Assembly: GCF_025526975.1 (NCBI RefSeq)
Contig: NW_026515673.1
Span: 1,054,001 to 1,117,792 of the forward strand
Length of the DNA stretch: 63,792 nt
Direction of reading: 5' to 3'
Source: Fimicolochytrium jonesii
Taxonomy: Eukaryota
A program made the position numbers and the translations under genes. The notes beneath the pieces were generated by a model that searched no databases, was not told the origin of the DNA, and saw nothing but the letters and a program-made list of their open reading frames with translations. Shown piece after piece: positions 11,575 to 23,871 of this stretch. The stretch's first letter is position 1. Each line of letters opens with the position of its first letter.

Positions 11575-13495
11575 GGCGGAATCCCGGGATACGATTGACG
11601 AGCGAGCTTAGAAGGCGCAAATATTGTGTCTCTCCCAAAAGGCGAGCTATTGAAAAGAAAGCGGACAGCCCACTCCGGGTATTTAACCTCCACTCTATCC
11701 ATCAGCTTCAGCTCCAAGCCCCCCCCCCCCCGCCTGTCTAAGCGAGATACCCGCGCACCTTCCAGAACAGTATAGTGTCTTCTGCCCTCAGTGTCTTCCA
11801 CCTAACATGCTTCTTCTTCAACTCGTCTGCGTCATACCCGTGGGGGCTTTGCCCATTGCTTGGCACATACCTCATCCCGTCATCTGACGGAGGGAAGAGC
11901 GGAAACACACTATTTTTTGCCAAAGACCGAGTGGATGGCAAGCGGGCTTTTTTGAACTAAGCTTATTTGCAATGGTGGAGGATGACGGTAATGTCGCCAG
12001 GACCGACGACATCCATGGGGTCTGCGGGTGGACGTTGGGAAGGTACGGGGACAATGTGTGTTAGGGCTGGGTGAGGGAAGGACGGAGGGTTTGTCAGAGA
12101 AAGGGTCTGTGTTTGTTTGCCTGGGCCCTTTGCGGCGCGCTGTCGAATATCTGAGATGTGCTTACGTAACTACGGTTGTGGTCAAAACTGGATCGCTAGA
12201 AGCGTGCTAGAGGTGAGTAACTATGGTTAGGGTCAGACTAGTTAGAAGTTGCCGAGCGGAGCGTGGTAGACGCAGATTGTAGAAGGCGGTAAGGCCGACT
12301 CACCGAAGGCAAAGGGGTTAGGTTTGTTTTTCAAATGGTTCACTTTGGCTGTCAAAAAAGTCTTATTCCTGAGGTGAGATACCCACATTTAGCACGAGTT
12401 ACCCATTTCTAGTCACGCCCTTGAACCACAACGTTCTGGCGGTGCCCTGTTGGAGGTTTCGCATGTGCTCTTGAGAGCGTGCTGATCTCGTGAGTAGCTG
12501 TGGCCATCCTCGACGCAATTCAGCGCTCGCGCCGGGGTGGATGAAGCTGTATGTTGCCCCACCTCGATTAGAGTGCAGCTGCACCCCCAACACACACTTT
12601 TACCATTCCGCAATCTTGAAATGCAATCCGCAACAAGACTTGAGCTGCCCGTCCTAACCCAATAACATGCTGCCCGTCCATTTCCCGAACTTTCCAACTC
12701 CTCCCCAAATTTGTGTATGCGGATCATTAACCGACGTTTGGTGGCCGATGTGAAACTTCGGGTTGCACTGGACCCCGACTAATGTCCTGACCAGGCTGGA
12801 GGATGCTTCCCTGGTCTCATGTATCTCATCTAGAACCTCGGAAGGGTCAAAGGACTTTCACAGCAGCGCCCTCTCGTCGCCTTCGGCAGACCAGAGGGGT
12901 ACAGGACAAATACCGGTTGAAGGGTTTCGCCTGGAAACAGTGGCCGGAGTGCGGCCGGTCACACTACTCAGGCAGCAGAGGGGAAAGATAGGAATCACCC
13001 ATGCGAAAGCGGCGGGCACACCTCCGACGCAGGCGGGGATCTGCCGAACAAAAGTTTTACCCCAAGAAGGGCGAAGCAGTATGCCTTCAGAGCGGTACTG
13101 AATGCTGCGTTCATGCCGCTAGATACAGGACCCCAGCCCTATTTTCCCTGCACAATCTGGCACCGTACGTAAGGACTGGCCTGCCCGGTTCCGGATTCCG
13201 GAGGGCGCCAGGTAGAACCGTGACGGCATGTCTTCCCACCGAGAAGGCAATGTCCGAGGCAAGGGTGGCATCAAGTCAACGCGATATGCATGACACCGAA
13301 TATACCACAGTGACCCTCATATACCACATGACTAGTGAGGAATTCAAAGTAAAGGAAAAAAGTTTATTCTCGCGACCAAAGTTGTAACAACACACAGGCC
13401 CGCCCCACGCCACGACACCCCCAATACTTGCAGAACAGCCCCGCACACTACAGTAATTCCCCACACCGCGACATGAGCAACCGTCCCCCCCACCC

Positions 13496-14023
13496 TCAGA
13501 CCGGTGCGCTGCGGGGAGGGCGGTGGCCCCCTTCACCAATTCGAGGTTGGGCCTCGCCCATCCTTCGAGGGTCCTGTCGGAGGGGCCGTGGCCGGGGTTG
13601 ATCTGGGCGGGGGCGGCCGAAAGTCCCTCGTCGTACATGGGGCCGACGCGCGCCGCAATCGCCTCCAAATGGAGGACGCGGCGCTTCAGACGGGCCACCT
13701 CCTCCTCCAAGCGGGAGGTCTGCGCGTCCCTCTTCAGGTTCTCCTCCTCCGTGCGGGAGATCCTCTCCTGCATCCTCGCAAGCGCCGCCATAATCTGATG
13801 CTGCGGCCGGTTGCGGCAGATGCGGGGGGCCGTCCGAGACCACCCGGCGGCGCTTGGGGGGAGGGGCGGTGTGACGCGAGGAGGGCGCCGTGTCGGACCA
13901 GGCCGGCAGCGCGCCGCTGCTTGCGGCCTGGGAGCCAGGAGGAGAGCCCGACACTCCATCCATGTTCAGGATGATCTCCATTGAGGAGGAGGCGGCGGTG
14001 GCAGATGCGAACTGGGAGTCCAT
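13496..14023 (-). CDS. Hypothetical protein with basic NLS-like motif and coiled coil, apparently split by a frameshift near 13800
   Basis: Very GC-rich island. One frame gives MDSQF..PPPKRRRV; the overlapping frame gives the heptad segment MAALARMQERISRTEEENLKRDAQTSRLEEEVARLKRRVLHLE. Confidence 0.35.
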   Translation of the reverse strand: MDSQFASATAASSSMEIILNMDGVSGSPPGSQAASSGALPAWSDTAPSSRHTAPPPKRRRVVSDGPPHLPQPAAASDYGGACEDAGEDLPHGGGEPEEGRADLPLGGGGGPSEAPRPPFGGDCGARRPHVRRGTFGRPRPDQPRPRPLRQDPRRMGEAQPRIGEGGHRPPRSAPV

Positions 14024-15455
14024 GTTGGATGGTTGATGGTTAATGATTGAGGATTTGGAGTTATGTTTTTGGGGGGAGGGGACGTGCGAAACAAGCAGTC
14101 TCTCTTACATGATTTTCACGTCGGCTCCCCCTTCTGTAGGGGCTGATTCGTTGGATGCCCTATTTTTGACTTCAAGCGTGGCAACGCATCCCCTTCGTCC
14201 CAAATCCAGTAAACATCGAAGGACCGCTTGTTAACGTTTCCTCAATTCTTGGACTGTTTGTTGAGACTTATTATATCCAACACCAAGCAAGGTACCTTTT
14301 TCAGCGGTGCAATGCGGAAGTGCCGGATTTGTTTCGTATCCTATTCCGATGTTCACTCCTGTTACGAAATGTTGTCAATATGAGAAGCTGTGCGGCGGAT
14401 CCACTGTGCCTCTATTTCCAACCCGACCTGTGACAATGCCAAGCTATTACCGCAGCCGAGGGATGTCCGTTAACTCGAGGGAAAAGGTAGCGTTTGACGG
14501 GCAAACTACTTACCTGCCGGAAGATCCTTGGATTCAAAGTGGGACTCAAAGTAACCTGGCTCCTCTCAAGGGGTTTGGTCGATCGTAAATTGTAACCATC
14601 ATGGGCTTGGTTGTTTTATATATTCGCTTGTGGAATGTTCGACGTCCCTTACAATAATAGCGTCGGAACTTCCTGTTCATTTTCAGGTCGAAGTTCAGGG
14701 TCGCTTGGCGTGCCGATTGACGGGGGATCTCCTCCAAGTCGCGTTCCCGAGTCCTTGGGGGCCATCCCGCAAACGCTTTTAGGGATGTCGATTCGGATTG
14801 GGCTGAACTTGCCCCAGGCACCTGGCATAAGAGACTGCAGGCAACGATACCCATTGTAGCCCGTGGCATGCTTCAAAGAACCTTGCGTAACTTCGGCCAA
14901 GTCTGAGTCCGGGAGGACTGCCCCGTTTCGGAGTTTGCCACGGCTGTCGGGGCCATTAAAAGGAGACATCATTCCTGCGCCTCCGTCATCGACATCCCTT
15001 CCGCCTGAAGATTCCGACTCTGTTCCATCTGTTCTGCAAGCTCCTCTGAAGGGCCAGCTCTAAATGTAGGCTGGTATCCAAGCCTGATGCGCCGCGAATC
15101 GCTAGGAATGTTATCGTCCACCCATGCAACGCCCAACGAGCGCCCGCCTGAGTTCCTATGGTAAGTCTGGAGCGGGCCACATTCAGATTCGCATCGCCCT
15201 CGTGATTTTCACCTGGTCTGTGCCAGCGCACAACGTTGCACTGCACTGCGCTGATAAAGCAACACCCCATTTCACAAGCGCCTCCCCATCGTCGTTGAAG
15301 CATTGTTGATTGAGGCCCGAGGGCGCACGGCCGCTCTTTGAGCTCATCAAGCGATTGAGTAAGAGGTACATGTACATAGGAGTATCAATGTCAAATAATA
15401 ATACTGTACAATATCATCGGTTCCCTAAGAGTAAGCTAAATATCTATGTCTAGAT

Positions 15456-18400
15456 CTACGCATCTATACCCTCCTCTAACCCCCTTTTCGCGACCTCCCG
15501 GATGGCCTGCGCATTCTCAGGTCCCGTACATTCCACCATCCCTTTGAACACGGACTCATCCTTGCCGAGCAGCTCCCATGGCGTCCCGGTCTCCACCACC
15601 TTCCCATCCGACATCACAACAACCCTCTGCATCCCCGCGACAGTGCTCAACCGATGCGCGACGCACACGACCGTAGCATGGCTGAACTTTTCCTTCACTA
15701 ATTTCCCAATACGATCGTCGGCGGCCGCATCGACGCTGGCAGTCGATTCGTCCAGCACCAGAATGCGGATGTGTGGGGCTCGCAAGATGGCTTTCGCCAT
15801 AAAGAGTAGCTGACGTTGGCCGGAGGATAGGGAGGTGGATGAGGTGACAGGGTGGTCGAGCTTGCCGGGAAGGGTAGATACGTGGGAATGTAGGCCCGCA
15901 AGGTCCAGCGCGTGCCAGATGTCCGAGTCAGGATACTTGCCGTGTCGGTCCAGGTTGGCTCTCAGCGTCCCGCTTGAGAGGACGGGATCCTGAGGGATGA
16001 TCATGAGACGGGATCGGAGGGTGTGGAGGTCAATGTCGGCGATATCGACGCCATCAATCGCGATGGAACCCGAGACGGGTGTCATGAGGCGGAATAGGGC
16101 GGCGCAGAGGGTGCTCTTTCCGGAACCAGTACGGCCGCACAAAGCGATGTGTTGGCCTGCGGGGATGGAGAGGGATACATTTTTGATGACAGGCGTAGTG
16201 GCGTCGTAGGCGAGCGTGAGGTCGCGGATGATGATAGCGCCTTGCAACGGCCAGTCCAAGGGGACGCTGATGGAGCCCTTGGAGATTTCCGATGGAAGGT
16301 CAGATGCGTAGTGGTCAAGACGTTCAACGGCGTTGAAGATTGCTTCCACCCGACCTATCGCACAAAAAGATGGGTAAATATCCTGGAGCGGGATACTTAC
16401 TCAAGACATGCGGTCGAACTTACTGAAATGCTCCAAGGCGTTTCTGATGTGGCCAGATATGCCGATGGCGGACACGAGCATCAATCCCGCGGCGCTGCTT
16501 GAGATGAATCCCGCGCCGGCGAGCATCAAGGTGACGAGGATGATGAGGGAAGAGAGCAACGCCAGACGCAGGTGAAGCCAGAACTCGGCGGTTGACATCA
16601 GCAAGGGTGCCTACGGACCCGCACAGTTAGTCAGCGGCCGAGCCGCAAGCATTTCCATAATTATCCAGCCCACCTTGTTGGACAGATCCGTCACGACCTC
16701 CTGCCGCTCCACAAACGCCTCAACCCATCCGTAGATTCCGATGGTGGCGATCCCGTCAAAGCTTTCGCTCAAATGCGCCGAGAGTGGGCTCTGGAGGGTG
16801 CTCTGCAGCCGCTTGAGCTCCCTGTAGCTGGTTTGGAAATATCCGAACAGGTACGTGGAGGGTACGGCGAGGCCGGCGAGAAGTAAAAGCATGTAGGGAG
16901 ATCCGAAGGCGAGTACGACGACGCTGGAGAACACGGAGATGACGCAAACGAAGGTACTGTCCATAAGGGGAAAGAGATCCGTGTCGAGGGCAGAAATGTC
17001 GGAGGAGAACCGGTTCAGAATGCGTCCGACGGGTTGGTGGTCAAACCTACAGGAGATGAAGGGTGTTAGAGGATGTTCGAGTGACCGGTTCTTCAACCTG
17101 GGAAGGAAAGACCCACCACTGGACAGGCGCGTTCAAGATACCCTCGAGGGCCTTCCGATGGTACGCTCTGCTGGCGTAGTAGCACATAAGCATGCAACTC
17201 CAGCCTGTGACCAGCGCCATACCAGTCCTCGCCAGCCCAAGGCAGTAGAATCCTGTAAAGTACTGATTGTCGGTCCATCCCAACGAATCGCTGGACCACA
17301 GCACCAACGAGATCTGAAGGGCAGCATCGGCGGCTATGCCAATTGGGAGTAGCAGAAAAGGGATGGCGCTGACGGTGTAGCCGGCCGTGGAAAAGTAGGA
17401 TCGGTAAACGGAGAGCTGCACGGAGCCGATGCGACGGTCCTCGGCCACCACCTGAGAGGTCTCGAAGTTGGCGACGGCGTCAAGTACTTCCTTCGTGAGG
17501 GTGGCGGTGACGACATCAGGGTCCACGGAGGAAGTCAAAGGAAGGGTCGTATCGTCCTCCGCTTTTATCCGGTGGGTGTCACGGTGCTCCTTATCGCCTT
17601 GCTCGGCGAGATGAGCAACCATTCCAGAGAACACGCCATCCAATTTCCTGAGCTTGGCTGCCGTTCCCATCTCCACAATTGTTCCCTTTTCGAACACCAG
17701 CACGATATCGGCCCTGCTAGCAACCCTGAGGTCATGCGTGGCAAGGATGACTGTCTTGCCCTTCAATCTTCCCAACACCGTTTCCTCCAGCACGGTTCTC
17801 CCGACAGATGCATCCAACGCCGCGAGGGGGTCATCCAAAACCAGCACGTCGGGATCGCAGGCAATAGCGCGGGCGAGGGCCACGCGCGCCTTCTGGCCTC
17901 CGCTCAGAGAGATCCCTCGCTAATGAGATGAATGGGATGAGATGAGATAATGAGATGAAAATGGATGAAAAAAATAACACCAAAAAATACAATGACAAAT
18001 AAAGTAGAAACAACTACAATATTAGCATATTCACCTCTCCAATTCGCGTCGACAGGCCGTCAGGTAGGACAGAGATGTCTCGGTCGAGACACGTGGCCTC
18101 GACGGCGTCGAAGACCGAAGCGGCCGTGGCTCTGCCCGCGAACCCGCGAATGTTGTTCTCGATAGTGCCGCTCATGATGAAAGGGGTCTGAGGGCAATAA
18201 GCCACGGACCCATTGACGGCGGAGGTGCCGTGACGAAGAGTCATCGAACCGACGAGTGCAGACAGGAAGCTGGACTTGCCAGATCCCACAGATCCGACCA
18301 CGACGACGAGGCTTCCCCGCGGGATGACGAGCGAGAGGTCCGTCAGCTCGAAGGGTTCTGCGTGCGTGCTCTGGGCATCATCACCGGCGTCGTCCTCGCC

Positions 18401-19780
18401 GTCCTCCGCGGGGATAAGCGCCTCAAACGCGAACGTGGCGGCATGCATGACGATTGCGTCGGGCGCCTTGCTGTCGGGGGAAATCCGAGTGGTGGTGACA
18501 TTTCGCGGGTCGCTCTCCTCCTTTGCCAGGAATGCCGAGATGCGTCGGATGGAAGGGATGCTGCTGGAGATTGCGCTGACAACCCATTCCAGGCTCCCAC
18601 TCGGCCCCTGCAAAGCGTCGAGGAAGCCCAAGATGGTGAACACAGAGGCGGCGGTGATGGTCCCGCCGAACAAATGGAACGACGCGATGGCGATGCTGGG
18701 CAGTGCATCCTGCTGAATGATGAGGAAAACGATCAAGGGGACCTGCCACTTATTTAGCTTGACGAGGGAGACGAGCTGGTCAGAGCGGATGGCGTCGATG
18801 GCGGAGCCCAAGACGCGTTCCGCTGCTTCGAGCTTGAGGGTGCGCATGCCCTGCAGAAGCTCACGAAGGAGGGAAATACGCTTGTCCATGAATTCGAGGT
18901 ACTTGTCCTCTGCGGCGACCAGGTAAGGTGACAGAAGAGCGACCGCCACACCCAAGACGACGTAGACGCCAGCGGTGACCCAGGTGGAGACGCCGAGGGA
19001 CTGTGCGAGGAAGAAGATGGCAAGGACGATTTGGAGGAGGCAGGTGATGAGGCGAATGACGGAATCGGGCAGCATGCCGATGCTCCTGGTGTCCGCGTCA
19101 GCGAAACTGTTGATGGATCCAGGGGACGTGGAAGTGCGGGCGGCCAGAGACAGACGGAAGGTCTTGCGGTACACGGCGCCGATTAAAGCGGAGCGCATCT
19201 GAATGCGGGTGTCGACTAGTATGGAAGACCCCGCGTATGAGGCGAGGTTGGACAAGACAGCCATGGCAAAGTAAGCGACACCGTAGGAGTAGGGTGAGTC
19301 GAAGAGGAGGCCTGAGTGGTCCGCGGTAGGATCAATCACCTTGATGACCTGGGCAATTAGCAGGGGCATAGCGATGGCGACCAGTACGCTGAAAGTTTCG
19401 AGAAGCAGGGCAACGACAATTTGCGGCAGAAAATGCCAGGCAAACGTCCAGCCGAAGCTGGGTCCCTTTTGGGCGTGCGGGGCCGTGAGGACGTGGTCCC
19501 GTTGAGCGCGCCAGAAGGGATCGAGGACGTCGGCGACGGCACGGGAACTGGAAGAGTCGTTTATATCGGGCAGGTCGTCCTCGGTCAAAGGCCGATCCCT
19601 GCCCTTGCTGAGCAGTGGATTAATCCATGCAAAGGTCCAAGTCTCCCAAAACGTGCGACGAGTTCTGCGAGAACTTGGAATGGAACTGGGAGTCGACGAG
19701 GCATTCACACCGCCAGTACCTCCATATCTTGCTGCCGACGTCGAAGTTTGCAGCAATGGGGTAGTCTGGGAGGCCGTCAT
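15456..19780 (-). CDS. ABCC/MRP-family full ABC transporter (YOR1-like, TMD-NBD-TMD-NBD)
   Basis: NBD1: GSVGSGKSS, RGISLSGGQKARVALARA, LVLDDPLAALD. NBD2: GRTGSGKST, LSSGQRQL, LVLDESTASVD, VAHRL. TMD2 motif FDHQPVGRILNRFSSD. About four introns. Confidence 0.95.
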
Positions 19781-20562
19781 GGGTGTGACGTTGTGAGGGT
19801 GTCGAGACGACAATGGAACGCTTTCGGGGCGGCGGGCGACGGACGAAGACGGACGACGGACGCGAAGAGGACCTCAATGCCTGCTCCGTGTCCGTTTTAT
19901 GTGCTGTACCTTGCAGTGGACCAGCAGTAGCTACCAGGTCTCAGAGAGCAGTGGAGCAGCACTCGCTTCTCTGCGCTTGTGTATCCTTATCTGCCATCGC
20001 CGCCATGTCCAAAGTCGGGCGGCTGGGAAAGCGTGGATGAGTCGCCCGCAATATGCTCATCAGCTACAACACTGTGAACCTGCCCGCATTGCCGCCCACC
20101 CCCAGACTCCAGAGACTCCTATCACCCATCGGAGCGGAGCGAATGTAAGACAGTACGCTGCTAGCGCTCTCGTCCGCCCGGGCTTCAGGTGCGTTGCGAC
20201 TCCGTCTCGTCGACAGCGTTAGGAACGCGTTGTTTATACAAGCGTGTCGGAGTTTGATTTGCGACGGAACTTGGAAGGCCACAGTTCTAGGCGATATCAA
20301 CGGCATCCGAGCGTTTTCCATGGCACTGAGACTGGCGAAACGAAAAACCACCCAAGCTGGAGGTAGAGCCCACAGCCTCTATATCGAAATCCGTACAACA
20401 AGGAAGAAAAGGAACGGGAAGAAAGAAAGCTACGGAGTTTCTGACAAAGAGTGGGACAACATCGCTATGGTTATGACTATGTAGAGGCTCGTCACAGGGA
20501 AAAGACTATTCTATGCACTACGGTTCCTACTGTACGCCGCGTCCGCCAAACCGCTAAACAAA

Positions 20563-23522
20563 TCAACTACTGCCGGCCTGCGCTTTGATCCAACGAGCAA
20601 CACTCGGTCCGTCTCTCTTCACCCAGGCGGTTTTGTGCTGCACGCTTTCCAGCGCTTGTTCCACGGGTCTTTTGATTGCGTTCACCTCCGTCACACGCTT
20701 CTCGCGAGCATCACCATCCAAGCCCTTCCCTGAGATCCAGTCTTGAACCGTGTGGGTGACATTCTCCCCCACCTGCGCAGAGAAGCAGGTGACGAACATG
20801 TCTGCAAGCAATGGAACGATCTCCTTGTATCGGGCGTATATGGTATCCCACTTTGTAGTGCCAAACTCCCAGAGCTTGCGTCGAGCGACTCGACTGTTGG
20901 GGTTTTTATTGGCGAGCGCCACCAGGGGAATGTACCCCTCGTGCACTTGCACAACGTCTGCATCCAGAACGATATCATTCAAAAGTCGATCCACCAGACG
21001 TTCATCGCCGGTGCATCCGAGGGCACGAAGAGCGAACGCTCGCTGATCGGGTGCTCGGGCCGTTTGGAAAATCTTCAATACAGACTCAAAGTCCTCGACC
21101 GGGTTTGAAGAATGGTAGATGGCCATCTCGAAAGCGATAAGACGAAGATTCGGGGACAGAGCAGATTCGTCGCCGGCAACGAGCCGCTCGAACCGATCTC
21201 TCAACGCCGAAATGACATCCGCATCACCCGCACGGGCGGCGCTTTCGATGACAAGGGTCCGCTTCATCGAAATCATATGGTCCTCCCCCGCGGGATAGTC
21301 CATACCGAGGGGGCCAAACTTTGGCGAAAATATGGACCCCTTGATGGCCTTCAAGCCGTTGATGACCTCATCCGCCTCTTCGACCCATGCCCCCAACACG
21401 GCATCGATGCGAGAAGCCACTTCCTTGAGAACGGTGTAGTCTTCCTCGAATTCGAAGCTCTTCAGCAGCTCGAGGGCGCCGACGGTGCTCCCTTGCCCAG
21501 CAAGTGCGAGGGCGAAAGCGTCGGACAACACTCCCCATTTGTCCTCGACGGTGAGAGAGTCCGGCGAATCTCGGATGACCGTGGCGAGCCGTGCAAGTTG
21601 CTCCGCCGTCAGGTTCACGCAATAGAACCCGATGGAGTCCTGATTGAGCTTCCAGAAGGAGTCGCCACCCTGGCTATACGGTATGGTGACGGTCGCCTTT
21701 CTTTCAGAGAGAATGTTTTGCGTCGGCGCGCGGGAGTCGAGATGCGTTGTGATCAATAACGGGATCCACCAAATTGAATCCTCCTTCATGCTGCCCGCCG
21801 GATGGCCGGAGGACAGAAAACGACTCTGTTCCAGTTCCAAGCTTAGCTCTCCTTTCACCGTATCAACAGATTCGGACACGACTTGTACAACCGGATACCC
21901 GACGTCGCACGTCCATTCTTTCATAAGAGATGCGACATCGCACCCAGAGGCGGCGAATAAGGCATACCACAGTTCGGCCGTTGTGGCGTTCGCCATCTGA
22001 TATTTCTTCAGATACTCGCGGATGCCGTTCCGGAAAATGGCCGGACCCAAATAGGCATCTAACATCCTCACGACGGACGCCCCTTTGGAGTAGGTTATGG
22101 CGTCAAAAACGCTTGAGATCTCGGAGGGGCTATTCACTTCCACCGCAATAGGATGACTGCTTTCGAGTGCATCCATATTCTTCCCAGCTGCATAGTCGTC
22201 AGCAAGGAACTGGCTCCAGACCTTCCACTCAGGAAAGAGATGGTTGGTCGCAGTCCACCCAGCAAATGTTGCAAATCCCTCGTTGAGCCATAGATCCGAC
22301 CACCAGTCCATCGTCGTGAGGTTTCCGAACCATTGATGTGCGAGTTCGTGTCCAATAAGCGATGTGATCATTTGTTTCATCCGACTACTCGTCAGCGTCT
22401 CATCGACAAAGAGCGCCATTTCTCCATACGTCACCAGGCCCCAGTTTTCCATGGCACCAGGGAGACCCGGAACGGCAATGAAATCCATTTTTCGTAAAGG
22501 ATAGGCGATGTCGAAGTACTCGGAGAAGAACTCAAGTGTGCGGACGCAGACGTCGAGACTGAAGTGACATTTAACTTTGTTACCGGGGGTCGCGTAGATA
22601 CGGCAGAGCACCGGAACGGCGTCGGAGGGTGCCGGTGGGTTCGCTGTACCTTCAATGTACTCCAACTCGCCGACAGCGAACGCAAGAAACTAAAACGGAG
22701 TCTTAGCTCATGCACGAAGGAAAACGCATCAACAGGATGTTTCGACTTACATATGTGCTCATGAGCGGAGTAGTGGCAAAGTAGACGGCCTTCTTCGTCG
22801 CGCCACCCGTTTCCACCTTCATCTCACGGATTACATGCATGTTTGAAAGAGCCGTCAAATGGTCATCAACAACCAGAATGACCTCGAAAGTCGATTTGAG
22901 ATTAGGCTCATCCCAACAGGGTAGGACTTGTCTACAGTACGTCGCTTGCAAATGAGTGGCAACCAAGAACTTTTTGTTACCAGCTTCGTCGGTGTAGTTA
23001 GTGTGGAAGAAGCCGACCATTTTGTCGTTATGAATTCCTGAGTACTCCACATGGAGGACCGCGGACGAACCCGCCTCGATTGGAGAAGGGAACTTGAACG
23101 TGACGGTTTCGGCCTTCTCGTCCACGGTAATTGAGCTGGCAATTAACCTGCAGAAGTAAGAGATGTCAGCAACCAGCCAGTCTATGGACCCGATCGATAT
23201 CATATCCCTTACGTGATATCGGCTGAGGTCACCGACGCTGCGGTGAATGTCAGCTCCTTGGCATTGCACACAAGTTCATTGGTCTCCTCCTTGACATCGA
23301 GCCTATGTAGAGTGGGAGACGCGAAGGACTGGTGATGAGTTCCTCTCCCAGGTAGGACGCCCCTTCAGGCTCGCATATACTCACTTGACATCGACAACAC
23401 CTCCAAACGTGAGCTTGGAAAGATCTGGCGCGAGCTGTACACGATAGTGAGAGGGTTTGACGGCAAGGGGAAAGGATTTGTCGCACTTCGTTGCCGCCAC
23501 TAGCAGCTGGGTGAGACAACAT
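20563..23522 (-). CDS. M1-family zinc aminopeptidase (Ape2/puromycin-sensitive type); one apparent 1-nt insertion in exon 1 near 23470
   Basis: GAMENWGL and HELAHQWFGN-x-WLNEGFA (HEXXH-x18-E) motifs, FDAITYSKGAS, PCWDEP, ERAP1-C-like C-terminus. Confidence 0.95.
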
Positions 23523-23871
23523 CTCGGTGGCTCGCTGCTCACTCAGGTGACTGCGAATGATACGGACGGATACCGAGGGGGCTAGGCGAGCCCTTGCCGT
23601 GCAATATGAAGGCCATCTGGCTCTAGCGCCGGCAGCGGCCAGCCGTAGGCAGAACAGCCCGGAGAACAGAGGACAGAGAATAGCCGAAGCCAATCCCGGC
23701 GGCCGCCCAAAAGCGCCAAAGTTAACCGCAGACCGCGTCAAATGGGCGTCCTAAACCACCTAAAGCACCTAAAGCACCTAAAAGATAAAGCAACTTTGGA
23801 ACAAAGAAGGCACGTTTATGCATATCGTTGCGGGGTTTTACGATGAAAATGTGTAGAGTAGTAGAACCGTG

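Noticed and set aside
14300..15400. Short ORFs between the coiled-coil island and the ABC gene
   Set aside because: No recognisable motif in any frame; left unannotated.
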